A stretch of DNA of 64,000 bases, from contig JAJRZS010000022.1 in NCBI GenBank assembly GCA_024275135.1, forward strand, positions 12,516 through 76,515, given 5' to 3'. Made by a program: the position numbers and the translations under genes. The first letter of the stretch is position 1; the number at the start of each line of letters is the position of its first letter. The notes under the pieces are model-generated. The model was given only the letters and a program-made list of their open reading frames with translations, ran no database searches and had not been told where the DNA came from. Origin of the DNA: Planctomycetota bacterium. Lineage in GTDB: Bacteria > Planctomycetota > UBA1135. Shown piece after piece: positions 40,655-48,871 of the stretch.

Positions 40655-41096
40655 GGTGAAGCTCTTGCGGGAGCTTCCCGTCTTCCCCAGCACTGAGCAA
40701 AAAAGGAGTCTGCTGGCCATTGGCGGTGCCCAACAGCAAGACATAAGCATGGCCCCAAGGGTCGGTCGGCAGGTAGGTTTTGTCTGGGAGCAAGTTTTGC
40801 AACTCTGCTTGAGGCTTTGCCAATTTTAAGCCCTCAGGCAACTTTCCGGGGCCGACCCAGGGATAGCCTAAATCCTCAGGATTTGCCCAATTCCCTTGTT
40901 CCAAGCTCCAGTAAACCTGGCTGGCCAAGTAGGCGAGGGTATCGGCAGCCATGCGCATTTTGCCACGCTCCACTTCGGCATGCAGGGTGCCTACAATCGT
41001 GGCTACGATGACGCTCAACAACAGCAAAGTCCACAGCCATTCGCCACGGGTGAGCCCGTGTTGGTGGGAAGGTGAGGAGGCAGGAAGGAGGCGCAT
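40611..41096 (-). CDS. type II secretion/type IV pilin-like pseudopilin (GspG-like)
   Basis: Prepilin-like leader ...HGLTRGEW with Glu at +5 after Gly, a hydrophobic helix (LWTLLLLSVIVATIVG), and C-terminal DPWGHAY and SAGEDG as in GspG. The track ORF extends to 41129. The 3' end overlaps thiE by 44 nt (convergent). Confidence 0.6.
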   Translation of the reverse strand: MRLLPASSPSHQHGLTRGEWLWTLLLLSVIVATIVGTLHAEVERGKMRMAADTLAYLASQVYWSLEQGNWANPEDLGYPWVGPGKLPEGLKLAKPQAELQNLLPDKTYLPTDPWGHAYVLLLGTANGQQTPFLLSAGEDGKLPQELHLNTPLAHRVHWPPH

Positions 41097-41099
41097 GCG

Positions 41100-42023
41100 A
41101 TGAGTGGCTGGGGCGAAGAAAAGCTGCATGCCATTTTCCGTTCTTCCTTTGTCAGAAGGAAGGGGATTCTTGGCCCAGGTGAAGATTGTGCAGCCCTTGA
41201 GCCACCGCCAGGAGCGACCTTACTACAAACTGTGGATCAGGTTATCGGAGGGGTTCACCTGGAGGAGGATGCTCCTGCTGAGGTCTTTGCGCAAAAGTTG
41301 CTGCTGCGTAGCTTGAGCGATTTGGCAGCGGCTGGGGCCATTCCATGGTGTGTATCTTGGACCCTAGCAATCCCAGCCAATTGGGAGGCCAAGAAGGTGC
41401 AAGCCTTGGCCCATGCATTTTTGGCTACAGCCAGAGCATTCGATTTGCCGGTGGTCGGCGGAGATTGCAGCCAAGCACCGGTGGTGGTCCTCACCTGCAC
41501 AGCACTGGGTTTGGCTTCAGGGCCGGTTCCTGGTCGCGGAGGGGCGCAGCCTGGGGATGTGATTTGCGTGAGCGGAAGATTAGGGCATGCTGTGCGCAGT
41601 GGTGCCCACCGCTGCCCGCAACCACGCCTGCGCGAGGGGCAGCATCTGGTTCAACATTATCACCCGCATGCGATGATGGATTTGTCAGACGGGTTAATGC
41701 AAGATTTGCCGCGAATTTTACGTGCAAGCGGTGTGGGCGCTTGCGTGGAGCTTACGGACTTGCCCTTGCGCGATGGCTGCCCGGCCAATGAGGACAGTTG
41801 GCAATCGGCGGTGGCGGAGGGTGAGGATTATGAATTGCTGGCGGTTCTTGCTGCCGAGGAAGCAGAAAAAGCCGAGGACGATCCGATGTTGTCGGTGGTG
41901 GGGTTCACTGCGATTGGCAAGATCCAACGGCAGGCTGGGCTTGTTTGGTTGCAACGGGGAGAGGCCCGCACGCTAAAGGGTAAAGGATGGGAAGTGGAAT
42001 GGAGTTCGAGGTCTTGCCGTTAA
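41100..42023 (+). CDS. thiL: thiamine-monophosphate kinase
   Basis: GPGEDCAAL, DQVIGGVHL, GGDCSQAP, DLSDGLMQDL, EGEDYELL motifs. An AGGAGG Shine-Dalgarno lies 8-9 nt upstream. Confidence 0.85.
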   Translation: MSGWGEEKLHAIFRSSFVRRKGILGPGEDCAALEPPPGATLLQTVDQVIGGVHLEEDAPAEVFAQKLLLRSLSDLAAAGAIPWCVSWTLAIPANWEAKKVQALAHAFLATARAFDLPVVGGDCSQAPVVVLTCTALGLASGPVPGRGGAQPGDVICVSGRLGHAVRSGAHRCPQPRLREGQHLVQHYHPHAMMDLSDGLMQDLPRILRASGVGACVELTDLPLRDGCPANEDSWQSAVAEGEDYELLAVLAAEEAEKAEDDPMLSVVGFTAIGKIQRQAGLVWLQRGEARTLKGKGWEVEWSSRSCR

Positions 42024-42487
42024 CCATTCCCTCAGCCGAGCAAGCCGAGGCCTTCGGGCAACAGCTGGGGAAGCTGCTGCAGGGGGGAGATTGCATTGCC
42101 CTCATCGGGCCCTTGGGCAGTGGAAAAACCACCCTTTGCCGTGGCCTTGGGCGTGGTCTGGAAACCCAACAACCTCTGCGTTCCCCGTCTTATTTGCTTT
42201 GCCATGAGGTGGAGGGCAGGCATCCTGTGCTGCATTTGGACGCCTACTTTGCTGCGCGCATGGAGTCTTTGTTGATGGAGGGCTTGGCGCAACGATTCGA
42301 CTCCAAACATGTGTTGTTGGTGGAGTGGGCGGACCAACTGGTGGATTGGTGGCCGACAGACCGCCTGGAAATCCGCATCCAGGTTTTGCCCGCCGGGCGC
42401 CGCTTTTTGCTGCAGGCTTTGGGCCCGGTGGCGCAACAACGCCTCTTGCAGTTGAAAAATTGCGGGAATTTGGAGGTTTTCTCTTGA
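41987..42487 (+). CDS. tsaE: tRNA threonylcarbamoyladenosine biosynthesis protein TsaE
   Basis: P-loop LIGPLGSGKTTLCRGL, then SPSYLL and HLDAY as in TsaE/YjeE. An alternative start is ATG 41999 (MEFEV). Confidence 0.85.
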   Translation: MGSGMEFEVLPLTIPSAEQAEAFGQQLGKLLQGGDCIALIGPLGSGKTTLCRGLGRGLETQQPLRSPSYLLCHEVEGRHPVLHLDAYFAARMESLLMEGLAQRFDSKHVLLVEWADQLVDWWPTDRLEIRIQVLPAGRRFLLQALGPVAQQRLLQLKNCGNLEVFS

Positions 42488-42527
42488 ACCTAGCACCGTT
42501 GGGGCCGTTTTCCTGGAGACGCAACCC

Positions 42528-43076
42528 ATGAGTTCGGGGCCTGAGGATCATCTCACTCGATTTGCTGCGGGTGATCCTGCCGCTTTTGAGACTTTGGTCG
42601 CAGAAATGGGGCCTCGACTCAAGGGATTCTTCTTGCGCCAGGGTGCGAATTTGCATCTGGCAGAAGATTTGGTTCAAAATGTTTTCATGCGCATCCTTCG
42701 CCACACCCCCCGCTACCAAGCTAGTGGAAGGCTGGATGCTTTTTGCCTGCGGGTTGCGCGTAATTTATGGATTGACAATCGGCGGAAAGCGGGCCGTGTG
42801 TTTCCATCCGAAGATGCTGCGGAACGCGCCGATCCAAGTCCTGGCCCAGATTTTTACGCAGGCCAATCGGATCGTGCAGAAAAACTGCGCCAGGCCTTGG
42901 CTGAGCTCGATTCGGGTACCCGAGAGCTTTTGGAATTGGCTGTGCTCCAACAACTTCCTTACAAGGAGGTGGCGATGATGTTGGAAATTCCGGTGGGTAC
43001 GGTGAAATCTAGAGTGTATTACTGTTTGCGCAAATTGCGTGTGCGCCTGGAAGCTTTACAGGAGGATTTTTCGTGA
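42528..43076 (+). CDS. ECF-type RNA polymerase sigma factor
   Basis: Region 2 (AEDLVQNVFMRILRH...FCLRVARNLWIDNRRK) and region 4 (ELLELAVLQQLPYKEVAMMLEIPVGTVKSRVYYCLRKLR). Confidence 0.85.
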   Translation: MSSGPEDHLTRFAAGDPAAFETLVAEMGPRLKGFFLRQGANLHLAEDLVQNVFMRILRHTPRYQASGRLDAFCLRVARNLWIDNRRKAGRVFPSEDAAERADPSPGPDFYAGQSDRAEKLRQALAELDSGTRELLELAVLQQLPYKEVAMMLEIPVGTVKSRVYYCLRKLRVRLEALQEDFS

Positions 43077-43783
43077 GCCAACCCATGGATTCCGAAGAAC
43101 GTTTGGCGTTGGAGCAGTTGGCCCAAGAACTGCGTGAGGCTCATCCCCATCCAGCGTTGTCTACGGGCTTTCTCGAGGAGCTTTCTCTGCGTGTGCAAAG
43201 CAAATGGTCGTTCCGCTCTGCCATGAAGCGCAACCCGGTTATCCGGGTTGCTGCTGGCTTGTTGATGATTTCTTTGGTTGCCGCTCCAGTTTCGGCATTC
43301 GTGATTTTGTTGCATAAGCCAAAATCCGCTCCACAACCCCTAGGGTTTGCCCCGGTTGAGGAGTTGCCCCAAGAAATGCTGTCGACATCGGCTCAGCCCT
43401 CGGCACCAACCCAGGTCATCGGCCCCGAAGACGAGTTCGATTTGCCAGGGAGTTGGAGCCAGGCACGCCTCAACGCCTTGGAGCGCGCGAATCGTTTGGC
43501 CCAGGCAGGAGCTTCTTGGCGGCAGCAACCATCGGGAGTCGCAACCCACATCGAGGACGGTCTATGGAAGCGATTTTTAGAGGCTTGTGCGCAGGGCGAC
43601 AATCAGGTGGATGTTGCTTGGCTGGAATCCACGCTGAACGAACTTCGGGCCTTGGCACAACCAAGTCCGGCGCAACAGACGGCCTTGGTTGCCTGGAACT
43701 GGGTTGCGAGTGGACAACAGGGGACCGCTGCCCTGGCCCCTTTGGCTTGGGATGGTGCTCCTTTTGTTGTGGAAAGCCGCTAA
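43073..43783 (+). CDS. putative anti-sigma factor (single-pass membrane protein)
   Basis: The GTG start overlaps the sigma stop (GTGA). One TM helix (VIRVAAGLLMISLVAAPVSAFVILL). The call is positional and topological only. Confidence 0.5.
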   Translation: MSQPMDSEERLALEQLAQELREAHPHPALSTGFLEELSLRVQSKWSFRSAMKRNPVIRVAAGLLMISLVAAPVSAFVILLHKPKSAPQPLGFAPVEELPQEMLSTSAQPSAPTQVIGPEDEFDLPGSWSQARLNALERANRLAQAGASWRQQPSGVATHIEDGLWKRFLEACAQGDNQVDVAWLESTLNELRALAQPSPAQQTALVAWNWVASGQQGTAALAPLAWDGAPFVVESR

Positions 43784-43820
43784 GAAGGAGGCCAACTTCT
43801 CTATCCTCAGCGCGTAGGAT

Positions 43821-45395
43821 ATGCGTGCGGCTTTTGTGGGTCGCCGTTTCGTCATGATGGTCCCCCTAGGCTTCCTCTTCTTCCTCCTTCCCCTTGGTTG
43901 GCAAAATCCGGCTGCGAATTCCGTAGTGGCGGAGGATGCGGCCGGTCAAGATTCTTCAACCCTTCAGCTGAGCCTAGAGGAAGTGGTGTTTTTAGCTTCG
44001 CAACAAGCACCGGCCCTGGCCCAGGCACGGATTCGCGGATTGGCTGCAGAGGGCGGGGTGATGGAAGCCGGAGGCGTTTTCGATCCGGTTTTGTTCGCTG
44101 ATATTACCTACAATTTTTCCGAGCAACCAGCAGGCGGGTTCTTCAGCGCTTTTGGCAACACCAAGGTTAAACGCTACGACGCTAATCAGGGAATTCGCAA
44201 AGCTTTGACCACCGGCGGAACCGTTAGCCTGCAATTCACAGAAAGCTACGACGATTCCAATTTTTTGGCCGACACCCAAGCCGATGCAGCGGTCACTCTA
44301 AGTTTTACCCAGCCATTGTTGCGTGGGGGTTGGCAGTTAACGGGGACCCAAGCCCTACGACAGGCTGAATTCGCTCGCGATCGCGATTTAGCAGCAATTC
44401 GCCAGGCTGGGGTCGATGTGGTGCAAGCTGCGGTCGATGCTTATTGGAATCTAGCCTTTGCCTATGCTGATATGGATGTCAAAGAGCGTTCGCTGCAATT
44501 GGCAGAAGAGTTAAAGGCTCTTACCGAAGCGAAGTATCGAGTGGGTGCGGTTGCGGAAGTGGAAGTGGTGCAAACGGATGCCGACATCGCCTCGCGCCGG
44601 GATGCCTTGTTGACAGCACGCAATAGCGTGGAGCAAGCTGCGGATGCTTTGCGTATTTTGCTCTTTGGTCTGCAAGATTCCGAAGAGTGGGATTTCACCT
44701 TGGTGCCGTCCAGTCCACCGCCTGCGGCGGAAACCAAAGAACTTGATTGGCGCGAGGCTTTTATGCAGGCGCGGGAATACCGTGCAGATTTGCGCCAACT
44801 GCGGATTGATGTCGAACAAACCGACCTAGATTGGAAAGTGGCGCGTCATGCGACTTTGCCAAAGTTGGATTTCACCGGTAGTGGCAGTTACTTTTCTCAG
44901 GATACTCAGGTTGGTCTTGCTTTTGACACCTTGAAAAATCGAGATTTTCCAGGCTACACCTTGGGCTTGGTTTTTGAACTTCCGCTCGGCAATGCACAGT
45001 TTCGTGGAGCCGAAAACCGGACCCGGCAACTCCATCAGTTGGCCATTCGCACTCTGCGTGATCGCGAAAATGAAATTGCCAAAGAAGTGCGCGATGCAGT
45101 GCGCAATTACAATTTCAATGCGGAGCGAGTGGCGGTCACGGCGCGGGCAAGTGCTGTTGCGCGGCGCCAACTCGAAGCCGAACAGCGCCGTTTGCAAGAG
45201 GGCGCTTCCACCAACTTTCAGGTGCTGCAATTTCAAACCGATCTAGAAGTAGCGGAAAGCCAAGAGATTCAAGCCCGCATGGAATTTGCGAAGGCCTCCA
45301 CCCGCTTGTTTACAGTGCAGGGGTTGAATTGGGATGGCACGCGTCCCGATCTTGCCGACTTGGATCGATATTTGCCAAAGTCGTCAACCGAGTAG
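43821..45395 (+). CDS. TolC-family outer membrane efflux protein
   Basis: Signal-like N-terminus and two repeats of the OEP pattern (LSLEEVVFLASQQAP...; coiled helices with AEAKYRVGAVAEVEVVQTDAD and QEGASTNFQVLQFQTDL). The start may be the internal MMVPLGF. Confidence 0.8.
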   Translation: MRAAFVGRRFVMMVPLGFLFFLLPLGWQNPAANSVVAEDAAGQDSSTLQLSLEEVVFLASQQAPALAQARIRGLAAEGGVMEAGGVFDPVLFADITYNFSEQPAGGFFSAFGNTKVKRYDANQGIRKALTTGGTVSLQFTESYDDSNFLADTQADAAVTLSFTQPLLRGGWQLTGTQALRQAEFARDRDLAAIRQAGVDVVQAAVDAYWNLAFAYADMDVKERSLQLAEELKALTEAKYRVGAVAEVEVVQTDADIASRRDALLTARNSVEQAADALRILLFGLQDSEEWDFTLVPSSPPPAAETKELDWREAFMQAREYRADLRQLRIDVEQTDLDWKVARHATLPKLDFTGSGSYFSQDTQVGLAFDTLKNRDFPGYTLGLVFELPLGNAQFRGAENRTRQLHQLAIRTLRDRENEIAKEVRDAVRNYNFNAERVAVTARASAVARRQLEAEQRRLQEGASTNFQVLQFQTDLEVAESQEIQARMEFAKASTRLFTVQGLNWDGTRPDLADLDRYLPKSSTE

Positions 45396-46365
45396 CCAAG
45401 GCCTCTAGGTCGGCGAGTGTTTCCAAAGCGTGGCTATCGCGGCGCATTTGTGGTGCTCCGGGTAGGCCGCGGAAAAAATCGGTGGCAAGTCGGCGCATGA
45501 TGCGCATGCCACGGTGTTCGCCGTAGATGGCACAAACACCTTGGCCAAGCTCCAACAAAAGTTGGGCACGGTCTTTTTCACTGGGATCGGGGGGGACGGG
45601 ATCGTTTGCGAACAAAGCATGCAGCTGGCGGAAAAACCAAGGTCGGCCTAAGGCTCCTCGGCCGACGGCAATGCCGGCAACCCCGGTTGCGGCCATCGCG
45701 CGCGCTGACTCCAAATCGACCACATCACCGTTACCAATCACCGGAATCGAGAGGGCCTCGACAATGGCGCGAATGATGTGGAGGTTGGCATGGCCACTGT
45801 ATTTTTGCTCGCGGGTGCGGCCATGGACGGTAATGGCTTGAGCACCGGCTTCTTCCATGGCTTGGGCAAATTGAAGTACAGAATCATCCTGCTGATCCCA
45901 ACCTGCGCGCATTTTTACCGTGACCGGGATTGTGGTAGCCGCACACATTGCAGCAACACAAGCAGCTGCGCGCTCAGGCTCGCGAAGTAAGGCACTGCCG
46001 CCGCCGCCACCGGTAATTTTGGGGACAGGACAGCCAATATTGAGATCCACCATATGGAAGCCCCGCTGCTCTACTTTTTTTGCCGCCTCAGCCAGAATCT
46101 CGGGTTCGGCACCGAATAATTGCGCGGCAACCGGGGTTTCGTCGTCGCCCTTGGCGAGATAATGGAGAGTTTTCTCGTCATTATGCTGTAAAGCCATGGA
46201 GCTCACCATTTCCGTAGTGGTGAGTTCCGCACCAAATTTCCGGCATAAGCGACGGTATGCTAGATTTGTGTTACCGGCCATAGGGGCCAGCGATAACCCA
46301 TGCTCGAAGCAATGCACTCCGACGCTGTAGCCTAAACAGTTTTGGCTTGCCTTTGGGGCCCTCAT
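45310..46365 (-). CDS. dus: tRNA-dihydrouridine synthase
   Basis: LAPMAGNTNLAYRRLCRKFG, VDLNIGCPVPK, VTVKMRAGW, ITVHGRTREQ, IPVIGNGD. Start uncertain: ATG 46365, or GTG 46317. The track ORF extends to 46446. Confidence 0.85.
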   Translation of the reverse strand: MRAPKASQNCLGYSVGVHCFEHGLSLAPMAGNTNLAYRRLCRKFGAELTTTEMVSSMALQHNDEKTLHYLAKGDDETPVAAQLFGAEPEILAEAAKKVEQRGFHMVDLNIGCPVPKITGGGGGSALLREPERAAACVAAMCAATTIPVTVKMRAGWDQQDDSVLQFAQAMEEAGAQAITVHGRTREQKYSGHANLHIIRAIVEALSIPVIGNGDVVDLESARAMAATGVAGIAVGRGALGRPWFFRQLHALFANDPVPPDPSEKDRAQLLLELGQGVCAIYGEHRGMRIMRRLATDFFRGLPGAPQMRRDSHALETLADLEALATRLTTLANIDPSRQDRDACHPNSTPAL

Positions 46366-48001
46366 GAAGCACCGATTGTACCCGATTTCCCTGCTGGCTC
46401 TGGCTTGCGGCTTGCTTTGCTGTTCTCCGCAAGCAGTGCCGTCCAATACCGAGGCATCCTCCCCGCAGAATCAGGTTTTTTCTTCTAAGAAACCTCGTCA
46501 ACCCTACCAAGCCCCAGCTGCCGGCTGCTGGCCCCAGCGTTATCTGCAACATTTGCTCGTGGGCAGCAAAAAATCCCACCACTTCGCTATGGAGCGCTTG
46601 CTTGATTTGGGAGCAAGTGCGGCTGCGCCCATTGCCGAGGAAATTCGAGTCAACAAAAGTAACCCGGCTGCTTTAGGCTATTTGGTCAATCTATGCTCTG
46701 CTTTGGCGGGGAGTCATGTTTCTGCGGAAGGAGAGGTTTTGTTTGAGCTCCTCGGGCAGAAGCAACCTCCTGTGGTACGTAGTGCGGCTTATGAGGCCTT
46801 GGCCGAATTGTTGCCACCTGACCCCAATCAACGGACTTTGGAATTGGTGCGGTTGGAGCAAGAATCCGCGCCCCGGATTGCCGGTTTTCGGGCGCTAGCC
46901 AAGTATGGCAATCACGATGGAATGCAGTTTCTTTTCCAGTTGGTCAAGGGCTGGTTGGAATCCGCGGATGCCTCTCTTGCCAATCAGGTGCCGGGGCAGG
47001 ATGCCTGGAACGCCTTGCTGTTGGTGGAAAACCCAGAAGTGGCGTTTTTTCTTCAACGATTGGAGTCCTTGTTGCCACCTTATTTATCCTTAGAAGCCTA
47101 TGGGGTGCGTATTGATTTAGGAGAGACGGATTTAGCAGAAGCCATCCGTCCTTTTATGAACGCGGAACAATATCCTTCGCCGGGCACGCGCTCTCTCGCC
47201 CTGGAGCTTCTTGCCGAGCTCGGGGATTGGGATTCGGTGCTTGCTGCCAGATTGGATGGTGCCAATAAGGTGCAAATGACTTTGGTTGGCGTGTTGCGTC
47301 GGCCGGATGCGGTGGAAGCGAAAATTGGCCAAGACCTGCTGGAAGAATGGGCAACCAATGCCCCCGATCCCGAGCTGAAGTATCAGGCTTTACGGGGATT
47401 ATTGGAACGCGGCTATTCCAATCGCTTGGATCCCTATTTACGGCTTGCGCGGGAGTTCCCGCTTGCTAAGGGGTCGATGGAAGCGCTTCAGGTCTTGGGA
47501 AAAGAAGGGATTGCCGATGCCCGCACGGCTTCGATATTGATTCCACGTTGGCCTTATTGTGAGGGGAATCAGCGCATTGATTTGCTGCGCGCCCTCACCC
47601 GTACCGGTTCCATGGAGGCGGCCAACTTTCTTTTGACCCTGGCTTTGGATCAAGAAAAGGATCCCGAGATTGGGCATTTGGCGGCCACCATCTTGGCCAA
47701 CTTTGGGGAGCAAGTGGTGCCCTTGTTTGTTCGTTTATGGCGAGAACGGCCCACTTTAAATACGGCATTGTCCGTGGTGCCGGGGTTGGGACGGTATCCA
47801 CAAGTGCCTGCGGCCAGAGATTTGTTGCGAGAACTAGCTGCTTCCTCCGTAGTCGACGACAGAATCCGGCGCGCAACTTTGGAAAAGTTTCCCCTTATCT
47901 TTAAACAGCAAGGGTTCGATTTGTTGATGGATCTGCTCCAGCACGAAGAGCGGGCCGAAATCAAAGTCTTTATCGAGTCTATTTTGAACGAATACTACTA
48001 A
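46364..48001 (+). CDS. HEAT/ARM-like repeat protein with signal or lipoprotein leader
   Basis: MKHRLYPISLLALACGLLCCS leader and an all-helical repeat sequence (VVRSAAYEALAELL, PEIGHLAATILANFG). No catalytic motif. Confidence 0.6.
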   Translation: MKHRLYPISLLALACGLLCCSPQAVPSNTEASSPQNQVFSSKKPRQPYQAPAAGCWPQRYLQHLLVGSKKSHHFAMERLLDLGASAAAPIAEEIRVNKSNPAALGYLVNLCSALAGSHVSAEGEVLFELLGQKQPPVVRSAAYEALAELLPPDPNQRTLELVRLEQESAPRIAGFRALAKYGNHDGMQFLFQLVKGWLESADASLANQVPGQDAWNALLLVENPEVAFFLQRLESLLPPYLSLEAYGVRIDLGETDLAEAIRPFMNAEQYPSPGTRSLALELLAELGDWDSVLAARLDGANKVQMTLVGVLRRPDAVEAKIGQDLLEEWATNAPDPELKYQALRGLLERGYSNRLDPYLRLAREFPLAKGSMEALQVLGKEGIADARTASILIPRWPYCEGNQRIDLLRALTRTGSMEAANFLLTLALDQEKDPEIGHLAATILANFGEQVVPLFVRLWRERPTLNTALSVVPGLGRYPQVPAARDLLRELAASSVVDDRIRRATLEKFPLIFKQQGFDLLMDLLQHEERAEIKVFIESILNEYY

Positions 48002-48871
48002 CTATTCAGGGGCCCAGGTTGTGGCAAGAAAACCCACGAGGAAACTCACGCCCAGGCTTAAAAAGCCAAGGCAGGCTTGAGGAAAGGGAAGTTGGGTGAG
48101 GAGAGCCAGGCCAACCACCATAGGGCCTGCGCCGAGGCTCCGCCGAACGAACAACTGCACCTGCTCCGGTTGCCAAAAGAGGTGGCGGTGTTTCCATGCT
48201 GGTTGCAATAAATAGGTGGCAAAGAGCAAGAGGACGGGAAGGAAGGAAAGGGTGATGGGGGATGTGTATAGCAATAAAAAAGGGCTTACAGCGGCCATCA
48301 GTAACATGCTCAGGCCACGCATGCCGGGAATCCCTTGCTCTTCGGTTTGCGCAAGGCGGGACAGGAATAAGAAGTAAAGAGCATAGCTAAGGAGCGGGAG
48401 GTAGCCCATGGCTAGAATGGCTCGGTCGCCATGAACGACAAAGGCGGCAAAGCAAAAGCTAAAGGCCCGCGCGGCAGCCAACAAAGCCGGACCGGCAAAA
48501 GCCCGCAAATTCGGTCCGCTTAAATCATAGGCAAGAATGATGGCAAACAGCCAAAGCGTCGGCTGTGCCAGATTTGGGCTGCTTAGGTGAGCAAAGCAGA
48601 AGGCACCGGTAAAAAGAAACAGGGAAAAAAGAAATGCGGGCAAAGGCGCAATTTTGCCCATGACAAGTGGACGATGACGTTGATGCTGTCGATCGAAAGG
48701 AAGGTCACGCACATCATTAAGAACCATGCCTCCGTGGTAGAGACAAAGTAGTGAGAGTAGGCCGTAACCAAGGGATGTGATCCAAGGGGTTTGCAAGAGG
48801 ATAAAACCGGCGACAAAATCCCAGACAATGGTCGGCAAAAGCGCTAGGCGAATGAGTTGGAGCCAGGCCAT
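48002..48871 (-). CDS. UbiA-family prenyltransferase-like integral membrane protein
   Basis: About 8 predicted TM helices and an NDxxD motif (VLNDVRDLPFD) after helix 2. Confidence 0.65.
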   Translation of the reverse strand: MAWLQLIRLALLPTIVWDFVAGFILLQTPWITSLGYGLLSLLCLYHGGMVLNDVRDLPFDRQHQRHRPLVMGKIAPLPAFLFSLFLFTGAFCFAHLSSPNLAQPTLWLFAIILAYDLSGPNLRAFAGPALLAAARAFSFCFAAFVVHGDRAILAMGYLPLLSYALYFLFLSRLAQTEEQGIPGMRGLSMLLMAAVSPFLLLYTSPITLSFLPVLLLFATYLLQPAWKHRHLFWQPEQVQLFVRRSLGAGPMVVGLALLTQLPFPQACLGFLSLGVSFLVGFLATTWAPE

